The position numbers and the translations under genes were made by a program. From NCBI GenBank assembly GCA_963662665.2, contig CAXXJS010000047.1, positions 1 to 41,393 of the forward strand: a DNA stretch of 41,393 nt, written 5' to 3'. The notes under the pieces are model-generated. The model was not told the DNA's origin, ran no database searches, and worked only from the letters and a program-made list of their open reading frames with translations. The DNA is from Candidatus Latescibacterota bacterium. Its GTDB lineage: Bacteria > Latescibacterota > UBA2968 > GCA-2709665. Shown in pieces: positions 19,242 to 27,880 of the stretch. Positions within the stretch are counted from its first letter, which is position 1. Every line of letters begins with the position of its first letter.

Positions 19242-21620
19242 TTGAACAGGAAACGAACGCCGGAATCTAGCCAGCCTGAGGGGAACGCATTTTTGCGACC
19301 CACTATCATCGCCGCCGTATTCCTCGGTCTACACATTCTGCCGCTCTTCTGGCGGCCGATTCCCATGTGGGGCGTGGACTTTCTTTTCTATATGCCGGCG
19401 CCGGTACAGGTCGCTTTTGTCCTTCTGGCTGTTCTTCTCTTTGTTCCGAGAATTCAACGTCTTTGCCGAACCTGTGCGACGTCCCTTCCGTTCGCGCTCT
19501 GGGGCCAGGGCCGTCGTGTCCGGATCTCCCGAGCACTCGTTATCGCGGCCGCCCTCGCAGGCTTTTTCCTGCTTTCCTCGGCCCGTAATTTCCTGGGGGA
19601 CGGTTACCGCCTCATGCAAACTCCCGGAGCGGACAAGTGGACCAGCATGCTACGGGCGCCGCTCACATACACGATTATTCAATCCCTGCACAACATTGGC
19701 AGCGCTTATTGGGAGACCGTTGAGAACACCTACCGCACATACAGCTACGCGTCCGGCGTACTCTATGTCCTTTTCGCCTTCCCGATCGCCACCGTACTCG
19801 GCAAGAATGCCCTGGAGAGAACCATCGTGCTGGCCTTTCTGCTCACGGCGGGTTACATCCAGCTCTTCTTCGGATACGTGGAGAACTACGCACTTTTCAT
19901 GCCGGGCTTACTCCTCTACCTCTATCTGGGCCTCCGCGCCTGTGAAGACCGTGCGCCTCTTTATTTTCCCGCGCTTCTGTTGGGCTTGCTGCTTGCCCTG
20001 CATCGCGGCTTTTTCATCTTCGGCCCATCCGTGCTATATCTCGCCTATCGCAATTTTCGCAGCCAGCAATTTCACATCCCTACCTGGAAAAACGCTGTCG
20101 TGACCGCGGCGGCGCTCTGTTGCGTGCCTGCAAGTGCCTTGTTATTCCTTGCCGTGAGCGGCGTCGGCGTCCACGAGTACTTCCTTCGGGCTGGTGGAAG
20201 TCATTTCCTGCCATTGTTCGACGAACCGGGATTTCGCGCACAATACCGGATTTTCGCGCTCGCGCATATCATTGACTGGCTGAACCAGTATCTGCTCGCG
20301 GCGCCCGCGGCCTGTATGGCATTCTTCCTGTTTCGAAAGAAAGATCTCAGCCATCATCCCTTCCTCGCGGTTTGCGCGGTCGTGCCTCTCTGCCTCAGCT
20401 TCGTTGGCAATCCGGAACTCGGCGCTTTCAGAGACTGGGACGCCTGGTCGCTGCCGGCGCCGGCTCTCACCTTGTGGGTTGCCTCCCTGATGCTGAACCG
20501 CATACGGGACGGTGTGCGCTTATCTCCTGGCGCCTACCTGATTTGCGGCGCGGCGGCGATGCATACATGTCTGTGGGTGGGTTTGAATGCGAACGCGGGG
20601 GCCGCCGAAGCCCGGTTTGTTCTCTTGATGGATAGGCTCACAGGTAACGCCAGCGTGGACGGCTGGGTAGCCGCCGGCAATTTACAACGAAAGGAGGGAA
20701 GATACGCCGAGGCTCTTCAGGCTTACAAACGGGCGCGAGACTCAGATCCGGTAAATCCAAATCGCTGGTTGCTTGTTGGGGCCGTGTACAGGGAAATGGG
20801 GCAGTCCGCCAAGGCGATCCAATACTACAAGAGAGCACGGGAACTCTACCCTGAAAATGCGATTCCGTACATGAACCTTGGCGCAGCATATAGCGATATC
20901 AAACAGTTCGACAAAGCCATTGCATACACACGGGAAGCCATCGCGCTCGATCCCGGTCTGGCCATTGCCCACAGGAACCTCGGTCAATTTTACAGAGCGA
21001 TCGGTCAATTCGAGAAGGTTATTGAACATCTCGAAAAAGCCGCCACTTTACAACCGAAATTCGCCACCACGCACGAGCATCTTGCCGAGATATACCGAGA
21101 CATGGGAGAGAATGGAAAAGCCATTCATCACCTTGCAAAGGCCAATTCGCTGCGGCCCCGACATATGCGGACCCTTGTGAACCTCGCACTTGCCAGCAGC
21201 GACGCAGGGAAGCACGAAAGGGCTATCGAACTGCTCAAGGAAGCAGCTGAGCTGGAACCCGGACTTGCAGCTGTTCACTTAAACCTCGGTGTTATCTACA
21301 TCAGAACCGGCCAGCACGCCACCGGCATCCGATCCCTTTCGAAAGCCATTGAACTCAAGCCGGCCGATCCCCTCATTTTGCACAACATCGGCTACGCTTA
21401 CTTCGACCTCGGGCAGCACGAACAGGCGATTCCATATCTTCAAAAGGCCATCCAACTGAACCCCGGCGCCGCGGACGCACACCTCTTACTGGGAATGGCC
21501 TACCGCGCCCTGAAACGCGGCGACCGGGCCAGGGTTCATTTCGAGAAGACCCTGGAACTCCAACCCAATCATCCTCAAACCGCTCAGATCAAACAGTGGC
21601 TGGAGCAAGCCGTCAAATAG
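19242..21620 (+). CDS. Multi-pass membrane protein with C-terminal TPR array (TMTC/GT-C-like architecture)
   Basis: About 12 TM segments in the first 450 aa, FRDWD loop, then about 9-10 34-aa repeats (NLG..Y...G...AI..Y.KA..L.P); start uncertain. Confidence 0.8.
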   Translation: MNRKRTPESSQPEGNAFLRPTIIAAVFLGLHILPLFWRPIPMWGVDFLFYMPAPVQVAFVLLAVLLFVPRIQRLCRTCATSLPFALWGQGRRVRISRALVIAAALAGFFLLSSARNFLGDGYRLMQTPGADKWTSMLRAPLTYTIIQSLHNIGSAYWETVENTYRTYSYASGVLYVLFAFPIATVLGKNALERTIVLAFLLTAGYIQLFFGYVENYALFMPGLLLYLYLGLRACEDRAPLYFPALLLGLLLALHRGFFIFGPSVLYLAYRNFRSQQFHIPTWKNAVVTAAALCCVPASALLFLAVSGVGVHEYFLRAGGSHFLPLFDEPGFRAQYRIFALAHIIDWLNQYLLAAPAACMAFFLFRKKDLSHHPFLAVCAVVPLCLSFVGNPELGAFRDWDAWSLPAPALTLWVASLMLNRIRDGVRLSPGAYLICGAAAMHTCLWVGLNANAGAAEARFVLLMDRLTGNASVDGWVAAGNLQRKEGRYAEALQAYKRARDSDPVNPNRWLLVGAVYREMGQSAKAIQYYKRARELYPENAIPYMNLGAAYSDIKQFDKAIAYTREAIALDPGLAIAHRNLGQFYRAIGQFEKVIEHLEKAATLQPKFATTHEHLAEIYRDMGENGKAIHHLAKANSLRPRHMRTLVNLALASSDAGKHERAIELLKEAAELEPGLAAVHLNLGVIYIRTGQHATGIRSLSKAIELKPADPLILHNIGYAYFDLGQHEQAIPYLQKAIQLNPGAADAHLLLGMAYRALKRGDRARVHFEKTLELQPNHPQTAQIKQWLEQAVK

Positions 21621-21704
21621 CATCCTTATTTCAGATTTACCTGACAACGTCTCCTGAAGTATAGTTTCGTCATACATTTCCTTTCTCCGGATAAATTATC
21701 CCGG

Positions 21705-21733
21705 AGCCCCCGTGGGTCCGGGGGCTTTTTTTT
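21705..21733 (+). terminator. Rho-independent terminator
   Basis: AGCCCCCG-N6-CGGGGGCT followed by a T run. Confidence 0.75.
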
Positions 21734-21760
21734 GTTCATGCTCCGAATCAAAAAACGCTG

Positions 21761-21823
21761 AAATGGCAGAACGATTATGCCATTTTGTCATTATTGTAAA
21801 TCTAATATGCCATAATGGCATAT
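21761..21823. promoter_or_regulatory. Putative enhancer (UAS) sites for a sigma54 activator
   Basis: AAATGGCA-N9-TGCCATTT (21761-21785) and perfect ATATGCCAT-A-ATGGCATAT (21805-21823), 120-180 bp upstream of the -24/-12 box. Confidence 0.55.
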
Positions 21824-21941
21824 ATCGTGCTCGGATCCAGGTTCGGTTTGCCAATGCTGCCTCGACGTCGTATCTTATAATGTCCTTAACATATTGTTTT
21901 TATAAAAATATATGTAAATTTCACGTCAGACTGGTAATTTC

Positions 21942-21956
21942 TGGCACGGGGCTTGC
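21942..21956 (+). promoter_or_regulatory. Sigma54 (-24/-12) promoter of hsp20
   Basis: TGGCAC-GGGGC-TTGC exact consensus spacing; AT-rich IHF-like tract at about 21887-21915. Confidence 0.75.
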
Positions 21957-22057
21957 GGATAGATTGTGGCACAGGCTCGAGGGCGAGCAGGCAGCTCTCG
22001 AGACCCGAAAAGACAGCCATTCGTCGGGAAAACCGTTAATCTAAAGGAGGATTTACC

Positions 22058-22492
22058 ATGACACTCACCAGGTGGCAACCCAGGCGGCGCTTCGGACTCG
22101 TTCCCGAGATCGATCGGTTTTTCGACAGCTTCTGGAGAGGTCCGCAACACGATCTTCCGATGCTGTCCACGTGGAGTCCGGCAACCGACGTGCAGGAGAC
22201 CGACACGGAACTGCTGGTTCACGTGGAGCTTCCCGGCCTGTCCAAGAATGACATCAAGGTCAACATGGACAACGGCGTCCTGACCATCCAGGGCGAGAAG
22301 CTGCACGCATCCGAAGAGAAGGAGAACCGGTACCACGTGTCGGAGCGGACCCACGGTCGCTTCGCGCGGTCGTTTACGCTCCCGTCCGAAGTGGACGCGG
22401 AGAAGATCAAGGGCGGATTTGAGAACGGCGTGCTCACGCTGACCCTTCCGAAGGTGAAGGCGGCCACGCCGCAGGCGATCGAGATTGCGTAA
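22058..22492 (+). CDS. hsp20: Hsp20/alpha-crystallin small heat-shock protein
   Basis: WSPATDVQET, VELPG, GVLTIQGEK, ERTHGRFARSFTLP, NGVLTLTLPK; AAGGAGG RBS. Confidence 0.95.
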   Translation: MTLTRWQPRRRFGLVPEIDRFFDSFWRGPQHDLPMLSTWSPATDVQETDTELLVHVELPGLSKNDIKVNMDNGVLTIQGEKLHASEEKENRYHVSERTHGRFARSFTLPSEVDAEKIKGGFENGVLTLTLPKVKAATPQAIEIA

Positions 22493-22506
22493 CACAAAGC
22501 ACCAAC

Positions 22507-22544
22507 AAAAAAAGGCCGACGGTTTTGCCGTCGGCCTTTTTTTT
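22507..22544. terminator. Bidirectional Rho-independent terminator
   Basis: A7-GGCCGACGG-loop-CCGTCGGCC-T8. Confidence 0.9.
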
Positions 22545-22552
22545 GCGCTTTT

Positions 22553-22666
22553 AGCTATTAGCTATCAGCGGTCAGCTGTCAGCCAAAAGCGAGAACCGAA
22601 TCAGGTGACCTCAGCGCCACTATGTGGGCGACCGGCCGGTCGCCCCTACAAATGCAACGTCGGCGC
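22553..22666 (+). repeat. Composite repeat (GCTATCAGC heptamers, linker, family A REP); direct copy at about 24990-25096
   Basis: AACCGAATCAGGTGACCTCAGCGCCA(C/T)TATGTGGGCG..GGCCGGTCGCCCCTACAAATGCAACGTCGGCGC near-identical in both copies. Confidence 0.85.
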
Positions 22667-22778
22667 GCCGAGGGCAGGATGCCCTCGATCCCGGGAAGTG
22701 ACCTCACAGGCCCGGAGCCAAACCCATCATCAGACCTCATTCGCCGTTGCATTGCCTCCAGCCCGTGTCCCATCCATT

Positions 22779-23006
22779 TCACGAAGACACGAGCTTCAGT
22801 CTTTCCGCGATCCAGAATTTGATGACCGACTGGCGGGTTACGCCCAGACGCCTGGCTTCCTTATCCAGGGAATGAACCATCCAGCGTGGAAAATCGACGT
22901 TCACGCGCTTCTGTTCCTGTGCAGGTCTCTTCGCCTGTGCAACGTCCAGAAATTCGGAGATGTCTTCTCCTCTGTCGAACCTCTCGTCAAGTTCTTTCGC
23001 GTTCAT
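22779..23006 (-). CDS. brnA: BrnA-type antitoxin (CopG/RHH)
   Basis: ELDERFDRGEDI..KRVNVDFPRWMVHSLDKEARRLGVTRQSVIKFWIAERL; overlaps toxin 3' end. Confidence 0.88.
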   Translation of the reverse strand: MNAKELDERFDRGEDISEFLDVAQAKRPAQEQKRVNVDFPRWMVHSLDKEARRLGVTRQSVIKFWIAERLKLVSS

Positions 23007-23256
23007 AAAGTGCTATCTCCTCCTTTCGGGAACAGCGAACGGATATAATTCGTATCTTCGCCATGCGATACGTGACAATGCCCGACCAGTGTGTTCCCTT
23101 ATACCGGCCGATCACCAGAATTCTGGGTTCATCTTCAGTTCGAGCGGGAATTTCAATGAGATCGGAATCCTTCCAGAGCTGTTGAGCTTCAATGAAATCG
23201 ATGCCGTGCTTTTCCATATTCCCCTTGCTCTTCAGGTCGTCGAATTCGAACTCCAT
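22987..23256 (-). CDS. brnT: BrnT family ribonuclease toxin
   Basis: MEFEFDDLKSKGNMEKHGIDFIEAQQLW..EPR..IG..RIISVR..RKEE. Confidence 0.9.
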   Translation of the reverse strand: MEFEFDDLKSKGNMEKHGIDFIEAQQLWKDSDLIEIPARTEDEPRILVIGRYKGTHWSGIVTYRMAKIRIISVRCSRKEEIALYERERT

Positions 23257-23331
23257 TAACGGCATCCGCGGGCTTTACTGCGATTTTGAACCTGACCGGG
23301 AAGGCAATAAGGAAATTCCATCTCCACATAA

Positions 23332-23348
23332 AATATAATAATTATATT
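23332..23348. promoter_or_regulatory. AT-rich palindrome, candidate brnTA autoregulatory operator
   Basis: AATATAAT-A-ATTATATT in an AT-rich tract about 80 bp upstream of brnT. Confidence 0.45.
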
Positions 23349-23404
23349 GATAATATATCTATTTTATATCATTTCGCAATATTCATGCATAACAGTGAGA
23401 TAAA

Positions 23405-23640
23405 ACAGCTGTCAGCGACCTCTCCCCCCGGCCCCCTCATAACAAAGCTGTCAGCTATCAGCCGTCAGCAAAGATCAAAAACGAAACCAGAAACAACTCA
23501 CACGGAGACACAAAGACACAAAGAAAAGCAGTCAGCTAAAACCGAAAAGGCGAAAACCAGGAAACCGGTGGTGGGTAGCAAAAAACGAAATTCAGCTCAC
23601 ACGAAGACACAAAGACACAAAGGGAAAACCGGAAATCAGC
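23405..23640. repeat. Cluster of CAGCTATCAGC/CAGCTGTCAGC and CACACG(G/A)AGACACAAAGACACAAAG repeats (family D)
   Basis: Copies at about 23497 and 23593, also 27786-27837 and inverted 31737-31795. Confidence 0.75.
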
Positions 23641-23645
23641 AAAAA

Positions 23646-23776
23646 GCGGTGAGACGTGAGACGGGAGAGGGTAGAGATTTCCTGCCTTGTGAGGCTTCTT
23701 GTCGTGCCGGAGGCAAAGTGGAATAACATACCTGGCAAGAATTTCTTCTACCGTCTTCCCTCTACCTTCTTACCGC
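23646..23776. repeat. MITE-like element with heptamer-iterated inverted ends (family E)
   Basis: GCGGTGAGACGTGAGACGGGAGAGGGTAGA...TCTACCGTCTTCCCTCTACCTTCTTACCGC; homolog with similar core at 25285-25438. Confidence 0.7.
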
Positions 23777-23781
23777 CTTTA

Positions 23782-23926
23782 GGGGACCTCTCCCCCCGGC
23801 CCCCTCTCCCAGGGGAGAGGGGGAGGGTTAGCGATACGGCCAGGCGATTTCCGTCGGCGATAGCCGCGCCATTATGGGGGCGATGACGGCGCGGGAGTTC
23901 TCCCGGGGGGAGGGGGAGGAAAAAGG
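23782..23926. repeat. About 145-bp element with CCCCCTCTCCC..GGGAGAGGGG palindrome (family C); inverted homolog at 31520-31667
   Basis: Shared GACCTCTCCCCCCGGCCCCCTCTCCC..GGGAGAGGGGGAGGGTT.GCGATACGGCC.GGCGATT..CGCGCCA..ATGACGGCGCGGG. Confidence 0.8.
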
Positions 23927-23977
23927 TTTTTCCTCTACCGTCCGACCTCTTCCGTCTCTCAGCCGTCCCCTGCCACC

Positions 23978-24961
23978 CTACTCCTGGCGGCCCTTAACCG
24001 CCGGTTTCATGGCCTCGATGTGCTCCGGCCCGGTCGCGCAGCATCCGCCGATGATCTGTGCGCCCATACCCTTCCACTCCCTTGCGAAGCCGGCAAGACT
24101 CTCGGGCGTGTTGTCGCCCCGCTGCAGGACGTCGCCCGGCTTATCGGGCGATTCTTCCCCTTCGGCGGGTCCCAGCGGCGCAAGCGGACGGTATCCGATG
24201 TTCGGGTACGCACCCACGCATCCGTCGAACGCGTCTCTGAGGAGGGGAAGTCCGGCCGAGACCTGCTCCGGCGGTGTACACATAATCAGCACGCCGGCGA
24301 CGCCGCGGCCGGCCAGGGCCGCGGCGAGGTCCTCGAGGCGTTCCTCGTATTGCATCTTGCCGTCTTCCCGAATATGCCGGACGCCCAGAAACACCGGCAA
24401 GCCCGCATCCGCACACGCGTCCGCTGCCGCCGCGCAGTCGGCGATATATCCAACGTATTCAACCCAAATCGCATCCACGCCCACCCCGGCCAGCAGTTTC
24501 GCGTGGTCACGAATTTCCCTCCGGTACGCTTCTTCGCCAAGGATGTCCACGTCGGACGCGACGCCGCCAACCCGCCTCTGAACACACGGCGGCGCAATAC
24601 CGCCGGCCACGAACGCATCCGGATTCACGGCATCGCGCGCGGTCATCGCGTTTTCTCCCGCGGCTCGCGCGTACGCTTCCCACCTGTCGTCCAGTCCGAC
24701 GGGTTCCAACCGCGTGGGGCTCGTCCAGAAGTTGTTGCTGATAATGACGTCAGCGCCGGCGCGCAGGTAATCCCCGTGGACCTCCCTCACCGCTTCCGGC
24801 GCGTCGATATTGGCCGTGGCCGACCAGGCCTGGAGGCCGCCCTCCGCCGAGGCGCCCTTCAATACGTCGATTCCTCTTCGCTGCAACTCAGACCCTGTTC
24901 CTCCGTCCAGGAGCAGAACGTCGCCGCTCTCGAGCCGATCCGTTATTCGCGTCGATGACAT
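23978..24961 (-). CDS. Homocysteine S-methyltransferase family protein
   Basis: LLLDGGTGSEL, VHGDYLRAGADVI, LIMCT, GAYPN, IIGGCCATGPEHI (three Zn-binding Cys); AAGGAGG RBS. Confidence 0.9.
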   Translation of the reverse strand: MSSTRITDRLESGDVLLLDGGTGSELQRRGIDVLKGASAEGGLQAWSATANIDAPEAVREVHGDYLRAGADVIISNNFWTSPTRLEPVGLDDRWEAYARAAGENAMTARDAVNPDAFVAGGIAPPCVQRRVGGVASDVDILGEEAYRREIRDHAKLLAGVGVDAIWVEYVGYIADCAAAADACADAGLPVFLGVRHIREDGKMQYEERLEDLAAALAGRGVAGVLIMCTPPEQVSAGLPLLRDAFDGCVGAYPNIGYRPLAPLGPAEGEESPDKPGDVLQRGDNTPESLAGFAREWKGMGAQIIGGCCATGPEHIEAMKPAVKGRQE

Positions 24962-25096
24962 CGTTCCTCCTTATGAAGATTCAGCAACAAGCAGTCAGCT
25001 ATCAGCCGTCAGCTAAAACCAAAAACCGAATCAGGTGACCTCAGCGCCATTATGTGGGCGGGCGGCCGGTCGCCCCTACAAATGCAACGTCGGCGC

Positions 25097-25277
25097 AGAC
25101 CTCTCCCCCCAACCCCCTCACCTGAAGGAAAGGGGGAGCAAAAACAGGTTTCACGGGCCGGACATTTAAAAACACTCTGGTCGGTGAGACAACGCTGGTC
25201 CGGCTACATCGCAAGACTAAAGCCATCGGCCAGTCGCCATTCCCTTTCCCGTGGGAAGGGGGCCAGGGGGTAGGTCT
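25097..25277. repeat. Inverted doublet of family C palindromes (REPIN-like)
   Basis: AGACCTCTCCCCCCAACCCCCTC..GGAAAGGGGGA and TCCCTTTCCCGTGGGAAGGGGGCCAGGGGGTAGGTCT in opposite orientation. Confidence 0.7.
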
Positions 25278-25284
25278 CGAAAAA

Positions 25285-25438
25285 GCGGGTAGACGTGAGA
25301 TGGGAGAGATTGTCCGCCCCGTGCGGTTTCATTTTGTGTCGGTGGCATAAAGGAAGAACCATTCTGGCAAAGACGTCATCTACCGTCTCACCTCTACCGT
25401 CTCCCCGCTTTTGGGTTTTTCATCTACCGTCTCACCGC
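25285..25438. repeat. Family E MITE-like element
   Basis: Homologous to 23646-23776; TCTACCGTCTC iterations at right end, abutting the stop codon of the SHMT-like gene. Confidence 0.7.
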
Positions 25439-25440
25439 CT

Positions 25441-26694
25441 TTAAGTGAGGGGTAGGTCCGGCAGGGTAAATCGCACCGTATCGAACCGCCGTGCCATCGC
25501 CATCGCGCGTTCCTTTGCGCCGTCCGGGTCCCTTCCACTCAACACGTCCAGAATGCAGCCGGCGATTTCAGGGGCCTCCGCCTCCGTCATGCCGTATCGG
25601 GTTACTTCCTGTACGCCGATACGGAGACCGTGGGTCCCCAGTTCTTCCGGAACGCCGGCCGCATTGACGAGAATGTGGCACGCTTCCAACTGTCTGGCCA
25701 GCGCACTGGCCTCACCAAACGATTCGACAATCGGCAGCACGGTGTGTGACTCCGTAAAACCAAGTTCTGCGCCCACAACCGGCAGCCCCTGATCGTGGAA
25801 CGCCCGGCCCAGCGCTCTGGCATTGCCGATAATCGCATCCGCATGCGCTTCCCCGCACGCCATCCACTCCAGAAATGTGCCAGCCAGCGACGGCAGCCGG
25901 CTCAGGTGATGGTTGGCAATCATCAGAGGCGCGGTTGCCTTTGCGATGCGCTCGGCAACGTCTTTGTTGTCGGTCAGAATCATTCCCCCCTGCGGACCGG
26001 CAAGCGTCTTATGCGTACTGGTGATGATCACGTCGGCGCCTTCCTTCAGGGGAGACTGAAACCGTCTGCCCGCGATCAACCCCATCACGTGGGCCGCATC
26101 GTAAACGAGGCACGAACCGGGGCTGTACCGATTCATTGCCTCCTTCAGTTCCCGCACGGGATGGGGAAAGAGGAACAGCGCCGATCCCACGATCACCAGT
26201 CCGGGGCGGTGCTCGCGAATCAGCGAGACCGTCTGATCCAAATCTATATTGTACCGGTTCCAGTCCCATGGAATCGGAATCGACTTCAGGTCCACTTTCA
26301 AATCCGAGTTCGCCAGTTTTGCCGCATACATGTGTCCGCTGCGAACCTCCAGCACCGTATCTCCAGGTCGGGCAAGGCCGAACACGGCGATTATCCCTGC
26401 AATATTTCCCGAGAGAGGACGCAGGTCCACATAGGCCGCACCGAATAACCGCTTAGCGAGATCCTGCGACGTCTCCTCAATCTCCGTGAGAACCGCGTTA
26501 CCCGGATACCCGCGGTTTCGTGGATCGATACCGGTATAGGACCCGTACCGGTGGTCCAGATCATCCACGATCAACCGCTCCACGAGCGGACTGGGCCTGG
26601 TCTCAGAAGCGATCAGATTCAGACAGCTTTCCCGGTAGGTCGTATGGTTCTCGACCAGGGAATCGATTTCCGCGACTTTCCGTGTATAATCCAT
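25441..26694 (-). CDS. SHMT-fold PLP-dependent enzyme (divergent serine hydroxymethyltransferase or transaldolase-like)
   Basis: LNLIASE, DLRPLSG, YDAAHVMGLIAG, TSTHKTLAGPQGG (PLP Lys), NHH, GLRIGVQEVTRYG. Confidence 0.85.
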   Translation of the reverse strand: MDYTRKVAEIDSLVENHTTYRESCLNLIASETRPSPLVERLIVDDLDHRYGSYTGIDPRNRGYPGNAVLTEIEETSQDLAKRLFGAAYVDLRPLSGNIAGIIAVFGLARPGDTVLEVRSGHMYAAKLANSDLKVDLKSIPIPWDWNRYNIDLDQTVSLIREHRPGLVIVGSALFLFPHPVRELKEAMNRYSPGSCLVYDAAHVMGLIAGRRFQSPLKEGADVIITSTHKTLAGPQGGMILTDNKDVAERIAKATAPLMIANHHLSRLPSLAGTFLEWMACGEAHADAIIGNARALGRAFHDQGLPVVGAELGFTESHTVLPIVESFGEASALARQLEACHILVNAAGVPEELGTHGLRIGVQEVTRYGMTEAEAPEIAGCILDVLSGRDPDGAKERAMAMARRFDTVRFTLPDLPLT

Positions 26695-26707
26695 AGGGAC
26701 ATCCCGT

Positions 26708-27766
26708 CTAATTGGATTCTTGGCTCAATGCATGGATCAGGTCGACTTCGCTATAGAGAAGAGCCCGCGCAAAAACGCCCTCACCCAGGTATTCGGGCGC
26801 ATTCCATACTCTGGGCGCGCGGTAATAGGCGGTCACGAGCCGCTCCCCCAGCCTCACGGTGGAGGGGTACCCCAGGTCGCTGTCGCCCAGGTCGTCGCAC
26901 ACAATCATTGGACCGCTCCAGGTCCGTCCCGCGTCTTTGCTCACCCGGGCCTGAACGCCGAATGGTTCGCGGCGGACGCCATACACCATCAGAATCCAGT
27001 CGTTGGACAGCAGGGTGAGGTCCGCGGGGTGTTCCCGCTCCCTGGTGACCTCTGAAGGCGCGTCCCAGGTGTGCCCGCCATCGGTCGATCGGGACACCGA
27101 GACCAGGCCGCCCCGATCGGCCGAACGCATCGCTGCCAGCAGGGCGCCGCCGGAGGTCAGGAGCAAGGCCGTTTCGTTATACCCTTCGGCGATCAGCGAC
27201 GGGCGGTCCCACGTCCGGCCGCCGTCTTTGGAACGCAGAATATAAGCGCAATCGCCCGTCTCCTCCCCGGAGAGGATATCGGAACCGTAGAGCGGCAGCA
27301 GCATCGTCCCGCCGGGAAGGTTGACAATGCGGTCGAACGGGGAGTGCTTTTTCATCGACGGAAATCCGAGGGGCCGATCATCTTCCCAGTTTCGCCCCCC
27401 GTCGCGTGACCGGGTGACGCGCATCTGCACCCGGCGCAATTCCGGCATCCAGCTGCCGTCGCCGCCATAGGAGCCCTGGACGTGGTACGCCAGCACGACA
27501 GACCCGTCGGGCGCCACGCCAACCGCGGGATTCCGGTCGTCCGCGCCAGAGTCGACGATCACGACAGGCGCCTCCCACGTACGCCCGCCGTCCGGCGAAC
27601 GGATCGCCTCCAGGCGGCCGGTAACGCCCACGTGACCGGCGCCGCCGCGTACCACGGCCAGGATCTCCTCGCCGCGCACATGGGTAAGGACGGGAAAATA
27701 GCCGAAGTCCTTGCAGAGGTACACCTCCGAGGCCGAGGGAAACCGGCGAAAGTCGATGGAGTCCAT
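26708..27766 (-). CDS. BNR/Asp-box beta-propeller glycoside hydrolase (sialidase-like)
   Basis: Five Asp-boxes (SPDGGRTW, SRDGGRNW, SKDGGRTW, STDGGHTW, SKDAGRTW), DLGYPS; no signal peptide. Confidence 0.82.
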   Translation of the reverse strand: MDSIDFRRFPSASEVYLCKDFGYFPVLTHVRGEEILAVVRGGAGHVGVTGRLEAIRSPDGGRTWEAPVVIVDSGADDRNPAVGVAPDGSVVLAYHVQGSYGGDGSWMPELRRVQMRVTRSRDGGRNWEDDRPLGFPSMKKHSPFDRIVNLPGGTMLLPLYGSDILSGEETGDCAYILRSKDGGRTWDRPSLIAEGYNETALLLTSGGALLAAMRSADRGGLVSVSRSTDGGHTWDAPSEVTREREHPADLTLLSNDWILMVYGVRREPFGVQARVSKDAGRTWSGPMIVCDDLGDSDLGYPSTVRLGERLVTAYYRAPRVWNAPEYLGEGVFARALLYSEVDLIHALSQESN

Positions 27767-27880
27767 AGAAAAATCCTTTCAATAATCAGCTCACACGGAG
27801 ACACGAAGGAAAGCTATCAGCTATCAGCCGTCAGCTAAGAACAAAGTCAAAGGCGACCCGTCCTCCCAGCCCCGCAGATT

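Noticed and set aside
21685-21733. Riboswitch or attenuator from the CTCCGG..CCGGAG hairpin overlapping the terminator
   Set aside because: Only 2-nt overlap and no recognisable aptamer; simple terminator suffices
23286-23886. ORFs such as 23286-23726, 22485-23048, 25052-25273, 31228-31785, 9564-10069
   Set aside because: Translations of repeat mosaics (HTETQRHK, PPGPLSQGRG, VILSAAKNL); not credible proteins
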